This document shows positions 27,704 to 38,900 of a stretch of 64,000 bases of DNA, piece by piece. Within the stretch, counting starts at the first letter, position 1. Each line of letters starts with the position of its first letter. Made by a program: the position numbers and the translations under genes. The notes under the pieces are model-generated. The model did not search any database, was not told where the DNA came from, and saw nothing but the letters and a program-made list of their open reading frames with translations. The DNA lies in IMG/VR virus record IMGVR_UViG_3300042566_001512, positions 144,808 through 208,807 of that record; one strand, written 5' to 3'.

Positions 27704-28217
27704 AAATAGCAACGTGCTAACCGATGCCGAGTTTATCGAAACCATCAATCGGTTAGGAAAGCTAATTCCTTTGGCTGTAGGTATCATAGGCCAGCCGCAC
27801 CAGAAAAAAATTACAGATCACCTTAAATCTATTGCATCGAGCGACATTCTGTCACTGACCGATCCCACTAATAGCTTTAACTGGGCATATAACAGTAAAA
27901 GCGAGCCTTCCTACGTAAAGTTTTACAAGCAGCTAGAGTACATGCTGCTTTCTTGTCGCACTTGCGGATATGAAGACTTTTATGTGCGCCTTTGCAACAA
28001 TTTAGTCAAGGGATTAGTCAATAACACAATCAGCGAATACAGCATCAACCCCAATGGAGGAATTCTTGATTTAGCCACAGCCATATACAAAAAAGATTTT
28101 GTAGATTATCTAGTACCGCCCTCAAAAGAAAAAGTTCTACGTAGCTTTCTTTTGGACCAGCCCAACCTCGTAATTCGACTGCTGATAATGCAGTTTTACC
28201 ATAACGCGTCAAACTAA
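27675..28217 (+). CDS. hypothetical protein
   Basis: 180 aa, overlaps upstream gene end. Confidence 0.65.
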   Translation: MRMTMTNPRKNSNVLTDAEFIETINRLGKLIPLAVGIIGQPHQKKITDHLKSIASSDILSLTDPTNSFNWAYNSKSEPSYVKFYKQLEYMLLSCRTCGYEDFYVRLCNNLVKGLVNNTISEYSINPNGGILDLATAIYKKDFVDYLVPPSKEKVLRSFLLDQPNLVIRLLIMQFYHNASN

Positions 28218-28280
28218 ACAAGCGACAAGTGCTTGCTTAGAAGTATTTAGAACAAACGATATTTTTCCAGGAAAACAAAA

Positions 28281-29381
28281 ATGAACGACATTACCACCAC
28301 TTTGCCAGTAGAAAACGCACCGGAAGAAATGACCGCAATGCGTGCGGCCTTCGCCAGCGTGACCAGCAAGCCAACAGATACTGCAGACAGTACGTGCATT
28401 CAGAACACCGCCGAACAATCTGATGACTTTTTTGTCGTGGAAGCGATTAACGCCATTGAACTGGTGACCGATGCTCCCGTGACGCAAAGCGACGACGCTG
28501 GCGAAAACGGCTTTTCCGATGGCACAGGTGAGTCCATTCACCCTGCACCTGACGATGTTCTGGATAAGGTGGAAGAACGTATGGGCGAGACGCGTCAGCG
28601 CTCACGTCGTCGCCAGGAAAACGCCCCTGGTGCTGCGTCTGGTGAAAAGCTCAATGCACTAGCTGCGCACTACAAAAAGCCGAATAAGGGTCGTGCTGCG
28701 TTGTTCGACCTGCCCGCTGACCGTCCAGCCAGCCAGTTGCTGAAAAACATCTTTGACCCTTCTACCATCGAAGGAAAAGATGGAGTGGATCACATCAACA
28801 TCCACAATAACGCAGAAACCGAGCTAGGTCGATTCCTTGACATGAATGCGCATAGTCCATTCGTGCATCCGGATGCAGGTAACTTCCAGTCGGTTGGTGG
28901 CCTGTGGCACTACATCCAAACTCGTCCTCTCATGGAAGAGTTCCGAATTGCCTCGGGTGCACGTGTGCGCACTATGGCAAAGAAGATGAAAGATGAGGCG
29001 ATGTCTAACCAAAATGCGCCTCGCCACACGCCCATTAAGGGCTTTCGGACCATCATTGCAGATGCAATGTGGCACAAGGTGACGCAAAGCGCAAATGCGG
29101 TTCGGATGATGGCAGAATCCACGCTGCCTTTTGAGCACTACTTCACTCAGGGCGAACTAAACATTCGCCAGTATCCCAGCGAAGGCTATTGGATCGTGGC
29201 CGCATACGAGGAAATTCGCCGCGTCATTAAGCATCGCCTTGCTACAGGTGATACAGAAGCGCAGCCGAACTTCTCGAGCATTGAAACCATGGTGGATACT
29301 CGAAGCCCTTCTCAAAACCGAAACCAGGGTCGGCGCGATAATCCGTACGGCAACCGCCCGCGCCACCAGCCCCGTCGTTAA
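28281..29381 (+). CDS. NADAR-like (T4 30.3-like) domain protein with disordered termini
   Basis: DGVDHINIHN..ETELGRFL...PF.HP..G.FQSVGGLWHYI; acidic N-terminus, Arg/Gln-rich tail; AGGA SD. Confidence 0.6.
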   Translation: MNDITTTLPVENAPEEMTAMRAAFASVTSKPTDTADSTCIQNTAEQSDDFFVVEAINAIELVTDAPVTQSDDAGENGFSDGTGESIHPAPDDVLDKVEERMGETRQRSRRRQENAPGAASGEKLNALAAHYKKPNKGRAALFDLPADRPASQLLKNIFDPSTIEGKDGVDHINIHNNAETELGRFLDMNAHSPFVHPDAGNFQSVGGLWHYIQTRPLMEEFRIASGARVRTMAKKMKDEAMSNQNAPRHTPIKGFRTIIADAMWHKVTQSANAVRMMAESTLPFEHYFTQGELNIRQYPSEGYWIVAAYEEIRRVIKHRLATGDTEAQPNFSSIETMVDTRSPSQNRNQGRRDNPYGNRPRHQPRR

Positions 29382-29497
29382 CTTAATTTAACAGGTACAA
29401 ACCAGCGATCCTCAGATATGCGTACTCTTATGAGTGGCATATCGGGGATCGCTGGTATGCCCCATTTATTTTTTCTCATTTATAAAGGATAGGCATA

Positions 29498-30559
29498 ATG
29501 AATAGTCTGTTGAGCTTACCCGTGTTCATCTCCGGTGCCGACGATAAACTTGCCACAGTAGATCTGTACAAAGCAAGCGGAGAAGTCATTAATGACATAA
29601 GGGATATAAGTGAGGCGTTTAAGGCCAATTCTCTATCCGGCTTATTTGGCGGTAACACTTTACTAGATAGCGCTAAGCTAGATATTATAAAAAGTTTTGA
29701 TCAGGCAACTGCTGGTCTAGTCATGGACTCAGATAGTCTAGTAAAGGGGATTATAGCAATAAACCCCGGAATGGTTAGCGCATTAAGAAGTTTACCATCT
29801 TCAATTCAAGGCGAACTAACAAACGTTAAAGGTTTGATCACTAACATAACTGGCACCTTCAACGGAATCAAGGCAGAAATAACCAAAGCTAGCTTATCCA
29901 CAATAAACGGACTTGGTAGCCTAATAAACGGTATATCTGGAGCCAATTTACCATTTAATTTCACAGACAAAAACGGTCTGGCAAAACTTTCTTCATCTCT
30001 GATAATCCAGGCCACTAAAGTTGGAATACCCGGTGTATTTACTGCGTTTGTTAATGAGATAACAGACAAGAAAATAATTAAAGATATAGTCACAGAAGTA
30101 TCCAAATACGCTATAGTTAATAGCGCGGAAGGACTACTTAGCGATATTGCTAATTCACCGGCAGGTAGGATTTTGTCCAGTGTCACTGGGGGCATGGCAC
30201 TTAGGGTTACCCAGGATTATACTAAACCTACCAACAGTAGCGTTTTGCAGCAGTACCAAAAGTATCAAACAATAAAGAACACACTGGATACGGCGATAGC
30301 CCAATGGAACACTTATCAGAGACCGGGAGCTCTTGCTTACGAGGCCGGTTTTATGTCTACCGCCAGTGATGACTTTTTTACAGCCGTTTCTACCGCTGCT
30401 AAATTCCAGACAAAACGGATTATTCCCAATAACCCTGGGTCGATCAACACAGCAGCAGGAACCAGCGCCGAGGCGTATATGGCGCTTATAACAAGAAACC
30501 CGAACATGACAGCCAAGACTGCTATAAAACAAAACTTCCCTTTAGTATATATTAGGTAA
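29498..30559 (+). CDS. putative virion (tail/baseplate) structural protein
   Basis: 353 aa; FISGADDKLATVDLYK start; AAGGA SD. Confidence 0.55.
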   Translation: MNSLLSLPVFISGADDKLATVDLYKASGEVINDIRDISEAFKANSLSGLFGGNTLLDSAKLDIIKSFDQATAGLVMDSDSLVKGIIAINPGMVSALRSLPSSIQGELTNVKGLITNITGTFNGIKAEITKASLSTINGLGSLINGISGANLPFNFTDKNGLAKLSSSLIIQATKVGIPGVFTAFVNEITDKKIIKDIVTEVSKYAIVNSAEGLLSDIANSPAGRILSSVTGGMALRVTQDYTKPTNSSVLQQYQKYQTIKNTLDTAIAQWNTYQRPGALAYEAGFMSTASDDFFTAVSTAAKFQTKRIIPNNPGSINTAAGTSAEAYMALITRNPNMTAKTAIKQNFPLVYIR

Positions 30560-30562
30560 GAC

Positions 30563-30619
30563 ATACACGGCATAAAAGGCTTTTTGGGTTTTACCCAAAA
30601 AGCCTTTTATGCCGTGTAT
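30563..30619. terminator. 26-bp-arm bidirectional hairpin
   Basis: ATACACGGCATAAAAGGCTTTTTGGG-tttta-CCCAAAAAGCCTTTTATGCCGTGTAT between convergent genes. Confidence 0.75.
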
Positions 30620-30623
30620 TACT

Positions 30624-32726
30624 TCACTGCCTTTCTGTTCCTTTCATAAATGCGGTCAGCATATTGACTCCTGGTAAATTGGCAAGATCCTGCCCAATTT
30701 TTGCCGGAGATAGATAAGATGCAAAATCTGCCTTTGCTCTAGCCCACTGGTATTTCAGTATTGGCAATCTATCGTTCATGTCTCGCAAATTCATAGATGA
30801 GAGTGTCATCATGTAATCTGTAAAATTGTTATCCGGATCAAACAGCCCTCTGCCAGGTATAATACTAAAACCTGGAAGTATGGGCATGGCTACCACGCTA
30901 GATAAGTCCGCCACGGTAAAAGACACGTCTATTGCCATCGGGTGATCGTCGTTATTAAAACTAAGATTAGAAGTACCCCTGGTTACTGTTACGCTATCTA
31001 TTATACCGAGCCTACAAGTTCTACGTCCTCTGTCAAATAACTCACACAGAAATGGCGAGGTGTGGGATTGTTTACCTGTAGATAACGGTAACGCGCCGGC
31101 TAATAGGCAACACAGTGGCAAGTACAGGTAAAGCGTTTGCGATATTATATTTCCATAAGGGGAAATAAGAGTGAAAGAGTAGGTGCTCTTGTTTAGAGTA
31201 GCTGTGGATTCTGACCAGTTATCGGGTATGTCAACAAAGGCACTGCCTGCTGCAGCTGCCAGGCCGTCTAACTGTAGACTACTAGCCACTCCGCTCAATA
31301 TAGAGGTTACCCCTGTCGTTATAGTCTCCGATATGCCTAGGGGATCAATGTTACCTCCCGCAAAGTTAATTCTCAGGTCTCTGGCGGTTGAGGATAAGCT
31401 ATTAATCTTTTCTGCCATTGAGGATTTAGAGGTGGAGCTTCCAAATGACTCAGTTGCGGCACCTGTATTATTTACTCTAAAAGATACCCAGTCACTGCCG
31501 TCTGCTAAGGTGGTGACAAAGTGCTCGGCTATACCTGCAGAATCTTTGCTGGGCTCAAACGGAGTATCTTTTAAATCTGCTTGTTCGTTTTCGGAACTGG
31601 TAGCTGGCGCTTTAAGGTCCTTTTCTACTTTACCCGAAAAAAGTTCACTTACTCCAGAAAGAATACCTACGTCTAAAAAGCGAGTAATGTAGGATTCTAA
31701 AGAAGGTGACTCGTATTCTTTAGGCTCTTGTAGCCCTCCGCCCTGCTCATTCATTACCTTCTTTACTCTACCGTACCAGCCTTCTGCTCCTGCTTGTGGT
31801 AGCTGCTGGCGAAGGGCGTAATCCTGTCTTTGTTGCAATCGCTTTGATCTGTTTGCTATTGCGTATACGTCGATACTGCCGTCAGTTTTAAAGCCATCTG
31901 GAAAAAGAGTGCTCAATACACTGGTTTGTTGGGTGTTAATTTTTTGGGTAGTGCCCATTATAGTCTCCTGCTGATATCTAGGAGAAAATGTAGATACGCC
32001 CTTGTTAACGGCTATCTGGTTCATCATGTTGGTAACGGCTAGCCAATAAGTTGGCATGGACGGCTTTAAATAATAAAACTTACTAGATGGCCATTTCATG
32101 AAGAATCGTGCGGCGTGACCTATTAGGCCTATGGCTATCGGAACAATCGCCAGCGGCAATATAGCTAAAGTAATGACGGTTCCTCCGGCTTTTAAAACGT
32201 CCTCAACTATAGTTGTATCGAATCTGCCGGTCCTGGCAAGGGTGCTAGCGTTGCTGTTATAAAATCCGGTGAAAAACTGAAAAAGAGAGTTGTAGCTAGG
32301 AACTCCAAAACGCAAATGCACTACTTGCATGTTGTCGTCTATGGCCTCCGAGTAGTAATTACCCATCCCCAGCTCGCCTCTTTGAAGCTGCAGTGTTGTT
32401 TGGCTAGCTCCAGCCCTAAGACCCGGTTCACGTATGTCTGCATATCTTGTAAATTGCGGAAGGGGGTTTATGCAGACATTACCGCCTAGACTGGAATCTG
32501 TCCATTTAAGATAAGCAGAGCTAAAATACCTGTTTTCTAAATCTATGGAAGAAAGAAAAGATTCATCACCTTCGGTTGAGAGTATGAATGCTTGCCTTAC
32601 CCATTCCTTATCTTTTACTGCTATTGTGGGTATTTCCTCAGAGGGTGGTTTCTGTAGTAATATATCAGAAGCCATCTTGTTTAGCTTCCCGGAATCTGTT
32701 ATTTCTAACCCATATTCTTGTGCCAT
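30624..32726 (-). CDS. baseplate hub-like structural protein (phiKZ gp182-like)
   Basis: 700 aa; SLGGNVCINPLPQFTRYAD, GMG.YYSEAIDDN, SPFLCELFDRGR; follows the tape-measure/lysozyme gene. Confidence 0.7.
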   Translation of the reverse strand: MAQEYGLEITDSGKLNKMASDILLQKPPSEEIPTIAVKDKEWVRQAFILSTEGDESFLSSIDLENRYFSSAYLKWTDSSLGGNVCINPLPQFTRYADIREPGLRAGASQTTLQLQRGELGMGNYYSEAIDDNMQVVHLRFGVPSYNSLFQFFTGFYNSNASTLARTGRFDTTIVEDVLKAGGTVITLAILPLAIVPIAIGLIGHAARFFMKWPSSKFYYLKPSMPTYWLAVTNMMNQIAVNKGVSTFSPRYQQETIMGTTQKINTQQTSVLSTLFPDGFKTDGSIDVYAIANRSKRLQQRQDYALRQQLPQAGAEGWYGRVKKVMNEQGGGLQEPKEYESPSLESYITRFLDVGILSGVSELFSGKVEKDLKAPATSSENEQADLKDTPFEPSKDSAGIAEHFVTTLADGSDWVSFRVNNTGAATESFGSSTSKSSMAEKINSLSSTARDLRINFAGGNIDPLGISETITTGVTSILSGVASSLQLDGLAAAAGSAFVDIPDNWSESTATLNKSTYSFTLISPYGNIISQTLYLYLPLCCLLAGALPLSTGKQSHTSPFLCELFDRGRRTCRLGIIDSVTVTRGTSNLSFNNDDHPMAIDVSFTVADLSSVVAMPILPGFSIIPGRGLFDPDNNFTDYMMTLSSMNLRDMNDRLPILKYQWARAKADFASYLSPAKIGQDLANLPGVNMLTAFMKGTERQ

Positions 32727-32920
32727 TTAGTGTTTTTCCTTATACTGGTGTAAGTTTCTCATCATTTCATTTCAATGCATCACGGATAGTCGTCTACCCG
32801 AAAATAAAAGGGTCTTGTGCTATTGACAATAATAAACCCTTTACGTAGAAATGATTAATTAATTCACATAATCAGCAAGCGCATATCCAAATATAAATAG
32901 TTATTTTATCGAGCAGCATC

Positions 32921-32954
32921 ATAAAAAGGGATAGGCTAGCCTATCCCTTTTTAT
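32921..32954. terminator. intergenic palindrome
   Basis: ATAAAAAGGGATAGGC-ta-GCCTATCCCTTTTTAT just downstream of the tape-measure stop. Confidence 0.65.
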
Positions 32955-32961
32955 TCATTAA

Positions 32962-35900
32962 TTAAGCAGACTTTCGCATAGAAACAGGTGCAGACGGAGG
33001 TTCGTATTTACGACCATCGCTTTTGCTAGTGGGTACATTAGCTGTTTCTTTTGCGGCGCTTACAGTGTTTATCTTATCGTATATCAACTTCATTATGTCC
33101 AGAGTCTCCTTATGTACAATCAGGGATTGTGCCAGTAAAGATTCTGTATTGACCATAATGTCGGCAGTAAGGGTGTTTTTAGCCGCGTTATTATTTTCAG
33201 TAGAGGTACCTGCTACTCTAGGGTTTACTCCCACTGCGTCGTTAAGCGGGGAACTGCTTGCTTGCTTACTTGCCTGTACGGCCTTTTCCTGCTGTGCAAT
33301 AGGCCTGACTTTAGGGTTATATGAGGACTTCGGTCCTTCTATTTGAGAACTGGCCAGTTGTTCGGGCGGTAATCTTGGCGGCTGCTGCGCCGCAGCGGGC
33401 ATTACATAGTCGCCATTTATTTTTGGAGAAGAACTTACAGCGGACACTACTCTTACGAAGTCCTCTCGGGCTCCGCTAGACTTGTTGCTCCCAACTCCAG
33501 CGTAGTAGCTTCTTCCGGTTTTATAAGGTAGGCTGGCCCATTCTTTGCTGATATTGTCAGCAAATTGACCGGCGTCAATTTTTCCCTTTACGTAGTTATC
33601 AAGCCCTCTCATCTTTAATAACCCCACGGCCAACTTGTCCTGGGTCACGGGATTAAAAATGTCAGTTGCTTTTGCGTATCCGGCCTTAATTAGTCCGCTT
33701 AGAGTTTTTCTTATTATTTGATATTTTCCTACCGCAGTAGATTCGTGACCTCTAGCGATCATGTCTTTTTGGTAATCAGATACCTCTGCGATTGACATCT
33801 TTGTCAGGTTAGGTTCGGTTTTCCCGCCCACTAATATATTGTAATTTCCGTTACTTTCTTTTTGACCAATAAATTCCAATAAGGTATTTGTTGCGGGGTC
33901 AAAAGTCTTAACAGGTTCTCTCTTTATGTCGGCAGTCATAAGTCCTGAATCTTTTCTCGACTTCATCACTTGACTGGCTCCGTCGTCGTACTTGGGGTCT
34001 TTATCCTTAGATACGATCGAGGTACCTAGAGTGTTGTTTTGTGCATTGTTGTTTAGGGCCGGAGCGTTATTCGATGCCCTACTTTTATCCACTGCGACTT
34101 CTTTTGAAGTGGAAGCCGTGTCGCTCTTAAGTGGGGTAGAGTCGGCCGGTTTTGTCTTGGCCACATAATCGTGCTGTGTCTTTTCTTTGGCGCGCTCTGC
34201 AAGATACTCCAGGTTACCTTCTACACTAGAAGAATCGGTGTTTACCTGATACCCGGGCCACGGAGAATCAGTTACACTCCAAACTCCATTTATGGAAGAG
34301 ATTGTCTTAGCAACCTGAACAATTTTATTTGGACTTATAATTACAGGCGCTTCAGCTTTAGGCGGCTTTCCCGTTTCTGTTATATGCGCGGTTACGTAGT
34401 TGAGGTAAACTGGCAAGAATCTGTCTCTAAACCACTTACCCCAAGAAACTGCTGCCGGCCCAAATAAATCAGATATACCAAAGTAAACGTTCACCTTCTG
34501 AAGTAATTCGTTGAAATTATCATCAAAAGTAGCTTTGGTACCTTGTATCTTAATTAACTTACTAGTTTCGTTTTCTAGTTTATTTAGAGCTATTACCTTA
34601 GACAGCTCCAGTTCCTTAATACCGTATGTTTTATATCTGATTGCATCAAAAGCAGAAACGGTATTTTTTAATATAGTAGAACCCACAGTGGACGCACCGG
34701 TAACTGCGGTACCTGAGGGCTTTGCTTTTTCATCCGGTTTTCCAAGATCCACTCTAACGGCAGTGTTAGCGGCCTCTTGTGGAGGCTTTACGTCGGTGGG
34801 TAATCCAGTTGCCGTCTTTTTAGCATCGCCAGCTGGGGTAGCGAATTCTTTTAGTGCCGCCTCTATTGCTGCACTTACGTCCGCCGAATCTGAGGCCACG
34901 TACTTGCCTCCCAATATTGGAAGAGTCCCTGTTTTATAAGGACCGCTGGGGAATTTAGTAGCTTCTATGTATTTTAATTTAACGTCCTTCTTTAGGTCAT
35001 TTATTTTAGATAAGTCAATACTGCCATTTAAAATGGACAGCGCACTTACGTGAGTAAGGTAGACGGGTTTAAATCGTTTAATGTACCATGTGCCAAATTG
35101 TCTCTTGTGGTCATTATCCTTAGAAGAAAAACCGAATATTGACATCATCTCCTCAATGTCTATTTTCTTTTCTTCTAACTCCGCTTTTTCCGAACCCACT
35201 TTAACGAATTGTTTTAAATATTCTTCTAGATCTACTATTTTGCTAAAGTAGCTAGTTTCTTCTTTTTTAAAGCCGTATTGAACATAGCGTATGTTATCGA
35301 GCACTGTGGGCTTACTCATCCATCTGCGAACGGCTTTATAGCCCTTATAAGCACCGTAACCGACGGCAGCGGCACCCAGTATACCAAGGGTCACTGGAGA
35401 GCTTACAACGGCCGCTAGACCGGCTCCTAAGGCACCTAGTGCACCGGTAGCAGCCGCGCCCACGCCACCGGCGCCAGCTACCGCGGTAACGGCACTTCCG
35501 GCTAGACCGGCCACTCTTCCAATTCCTAAAAGTTTGCCTAGCCCGCTTAGTACTCCTCCGCCCTTCAATAGAGTTTTAAAGCCGCCCAAGAAACCGGTGA
35601 TGGCGTCAAGAGCACCGGACAATAGGCCGATCAATCCGCCCTTCTTGTCTTTTTCCTTACCAGGCTCAGCCGTTTTAGAGGACTGCTGCTTTGCTCTTTC
35701 TGCGTCTCTTCTGGCTTTTATATCTTCCCATGAACCTTCACGGTCACCGTCACCGTCTCGGTCGCCTTTTACTTTCTTTTCTGCGAAGAAGTCCGTAAAA
35801 GTATTTTTGATGTCACCCAGAAGGGAGACGGTCTGTTCGCCGGTGGTAGCTTCTTTATCTTTTTTATTTTTTATTGAGGAATTTGGCTTTATAGCTTCGC

Positions 35901-38900
35901 TTACGTTGAGCTTTACTCTTCTGCTAAACAACTTGTTTAATTTCTTAAACCCAGAAATTATTTTTGCAGAAGTAGAGGTCTTCAAAGGTTTTCCATTTTG
36001 ACCTAACAAACCTTCGTCTATGTCCTCGTTGCTCAAAACCATGGTTTCTTCTTTCTGGTCCCAAACAGGTCCGTCAATGTCGGAGACCAAAGAAATAATC
36101 TTTCCGGTTTTCTCAGATATGTATCTGCCGGCTTTCATGAGTGCCGCTCTTAGTCTAGGCTCAGGCTCACCCTTTACATATACGTCCTGTGGCTTACTGA
36201 GGTAGCGTATAAAACCACCTGCAACTTTAGCAGTGGCTCCGGCCAAACCCCTGGTTATTAACTTGGTTAACTTCAACCCCTTTTTCATTGTCCAGGCAGC
36301 TGCGGAGGTGAGTTTATTCATTATCCATTTTGCTGGTTTAAATGGATTAAATATGCCAAGCATAGAGTTATAAACACGCAAGTTTGGTAAGTCCTCGTCA
36401 AAGATTTTGACGTTACCTGCGGCGTCAACCACTTCGCCATTTATGTCGTTTTGATGATATATGGGCCTTCCGGTTGACCTGTTAAAGTACTCTCCGTTTC
36501 TTAGCCTGGTTGCGTATAGTCTAGGCTCCGGTTCGTCACCCGCGTATACGTCTTTTACGCTATATGGACCTGTCCCCATCGTAAGTTTTGCTAAATTTAT
36601 GCCAAATTTAGCGCCCTTTGCCAGCATTCTGAAGTTAAACTTTGTAAGCGGTATACCTATTTTGTTATAGTACCAAGAAACTCCGCCTATTACTTTTCCT
36701 GCTAGTTTTAATAATTTCCTAATAGGCGCAAATCGCTTTTGCCTGCTATCGTATACCACGAGGCTGTCTAGTTCTTCTACCGATACAACTGACCTGCCTT
36801 TTTCATCCTTTACCTCGCCTTGGATTTGTTCGGGTAAATAAATAGTCTTTCCAGAAATTGCGTCAGAGTAGTGGCCTTGTTGCATTTTAACTGCTGTCAT
36901 TCTGGGGTATTTTTCACCACCGACCCAAACGTCTTTGGCGCCGCCAAAAGCTACGCTTTTGAACATGTCGACAGTGTCCTTTACACCTGTCCAGGCCCTT
37001 TTTAAAATATCTACTGCTACAGATCCGGCCTTTGTGTTTTTTATATTTTTGGCTATTCCGTCAAATGTACCTTTTGCATAGTCGCCAAATCTTTTATACT
37101 GGCCGTCTTTATCTTTTACGTATGACTGATCAAGTTCATCGGATTTCAGTACGGTTTGTCCGCTTACGATGTCCTTAACGGTTCCGTTTATGTCAGACAA
37201 GGTTTTTACTATTTTTCCAGACGCCAGATCCACGTAGTGTCCCGCCTGTAGTTTAGCTTTTATGATTCTGGGGTTTTCTTCGCCCGAAACTCTCAAATCA
37301 ACCCATTTGTCTTTGAGAGTAAATGAGAGCTTTTGTATTTTGTCCTTTATCTCAGAATACGATTTACCAGAATAACCATCCTGGTTATTTCTTTCTTTAG
37401 AATCGTTTAGTTTGGTGGAAACTTTTCCTAGATAATTTTTAAATTTCCCGTATTGGCCGGATACTCTTTTACCTACATTGGCCTCGCTTATTTTTTGCTT
37501 TTGCTTCTTAAAGAAAAGTTTAGCTTTTGTAAACTGAGTCTTTCCTTTGTTTAATATATCTCCGGCGGGGCCGTTACTGTTTTCTTTGTTTACTTTATCT
37601 TTTTCTTCAAACTTACTGGCTTTGAACAAATCTGTAATTTCTTTGTAATAGCCTATAGAAGTGTCTAGTCTCTGTATAATTTGTTTAAAATAAACTTCAC
37701 AGTCTTGATCTTTCTTAGATAAAGGCGAGTAGTCGGATCTGGTAAATGAAGAAGTACCAACAGAAGAATAATCCGCAGAGGAAAAGGAGCCGACTCTACT
37801 GGAGACTTTGTCTGGCGCAACTGTGGGTTTAGAGATACCGGTTTTTTGCTTACGCACATTAGGCATCCGGCGCTTTTTGCCGATTTGGCCTTTGTAGAAG
37901 TCTTCCATGTCAAGATCATAACCTTCTTCTTTTCTGGTTATAATCCCAAGCTGAACCAGCTCGTTTTGTCTACCTTCCGATATAAGCTGCTCTATGGTAG
38001 CCCTAGGGTCGTTCATGCCTCTTACCAGGGAGTTCATCTGTCTATTGAGCAACAGCATTTCACTGGGCTTACTTTCCAAGTCGGACAAGTACTTACTTGT
38101 CAGTTCCTTTGGTCTTCCCTCCAAGCCCTTTTCCAGCTTAGATGACTGCATTTTATTTTTCAGGAAGGCCTGTTTTATGCTTATTCTTTCTTCCTCACTG
38201 AGTTTGTCCTCTGACTGAGAATCTATTTTATCTATAATTTTATCAAGGATGTCGTTTGTTCTTTTGGCATCATTGTCGTTGTATACTCTTGAGGCTATGC
38301 TCTTGAGTAATTTCGTTTTCCCAGTAAATCTGCCCTTGTCTTGATCGTACTCCACTCTGTCTATGTTTGGATTTCCCGTACGAATAATTTGAATTTCTTG
38401 CAAAATTCTAGACAAATATCCAGGTATAATTTCGTTGATGGATCTTTCGGTTTTCAGTGTAAACGGCTGTACAGCGCTTAAGTCTTTACCCGTGAGTCTA
38501 TTAAAACTACTGTCCACGTTTAGGGACGGCAAGATAGACTGCAGGCCGCGCATGATCCAGGCGCCTATGCCTTCTTTATTCGACCACGAATCGTCCTTCC
38601 TGAAATTTTCCGCGCTCCCTACTATATTTTCATTAAAGTTTTCTAGGTAATCCCCAACCTGCTCCACCTTAGGAAATACCTTTTTGATAGGTTCTTTAAA
38701 GCGCTTAGCAACACTGTAACCTACCGTGTTTGCCAAAAGGTCACCCGCGATCTCGCCACCTGTTTGATAAGTATCAAGCATGCCGGGCGCTACCTGTTCA
38801 CGAGCCATCTCAGCATCAGTAAGTCCAGATCTGAATCCCTGGGCATTTCTTTTTATAGTTTCTATAGTTCTATCTCGTATTTTACGAGTAGTCATTTGTA

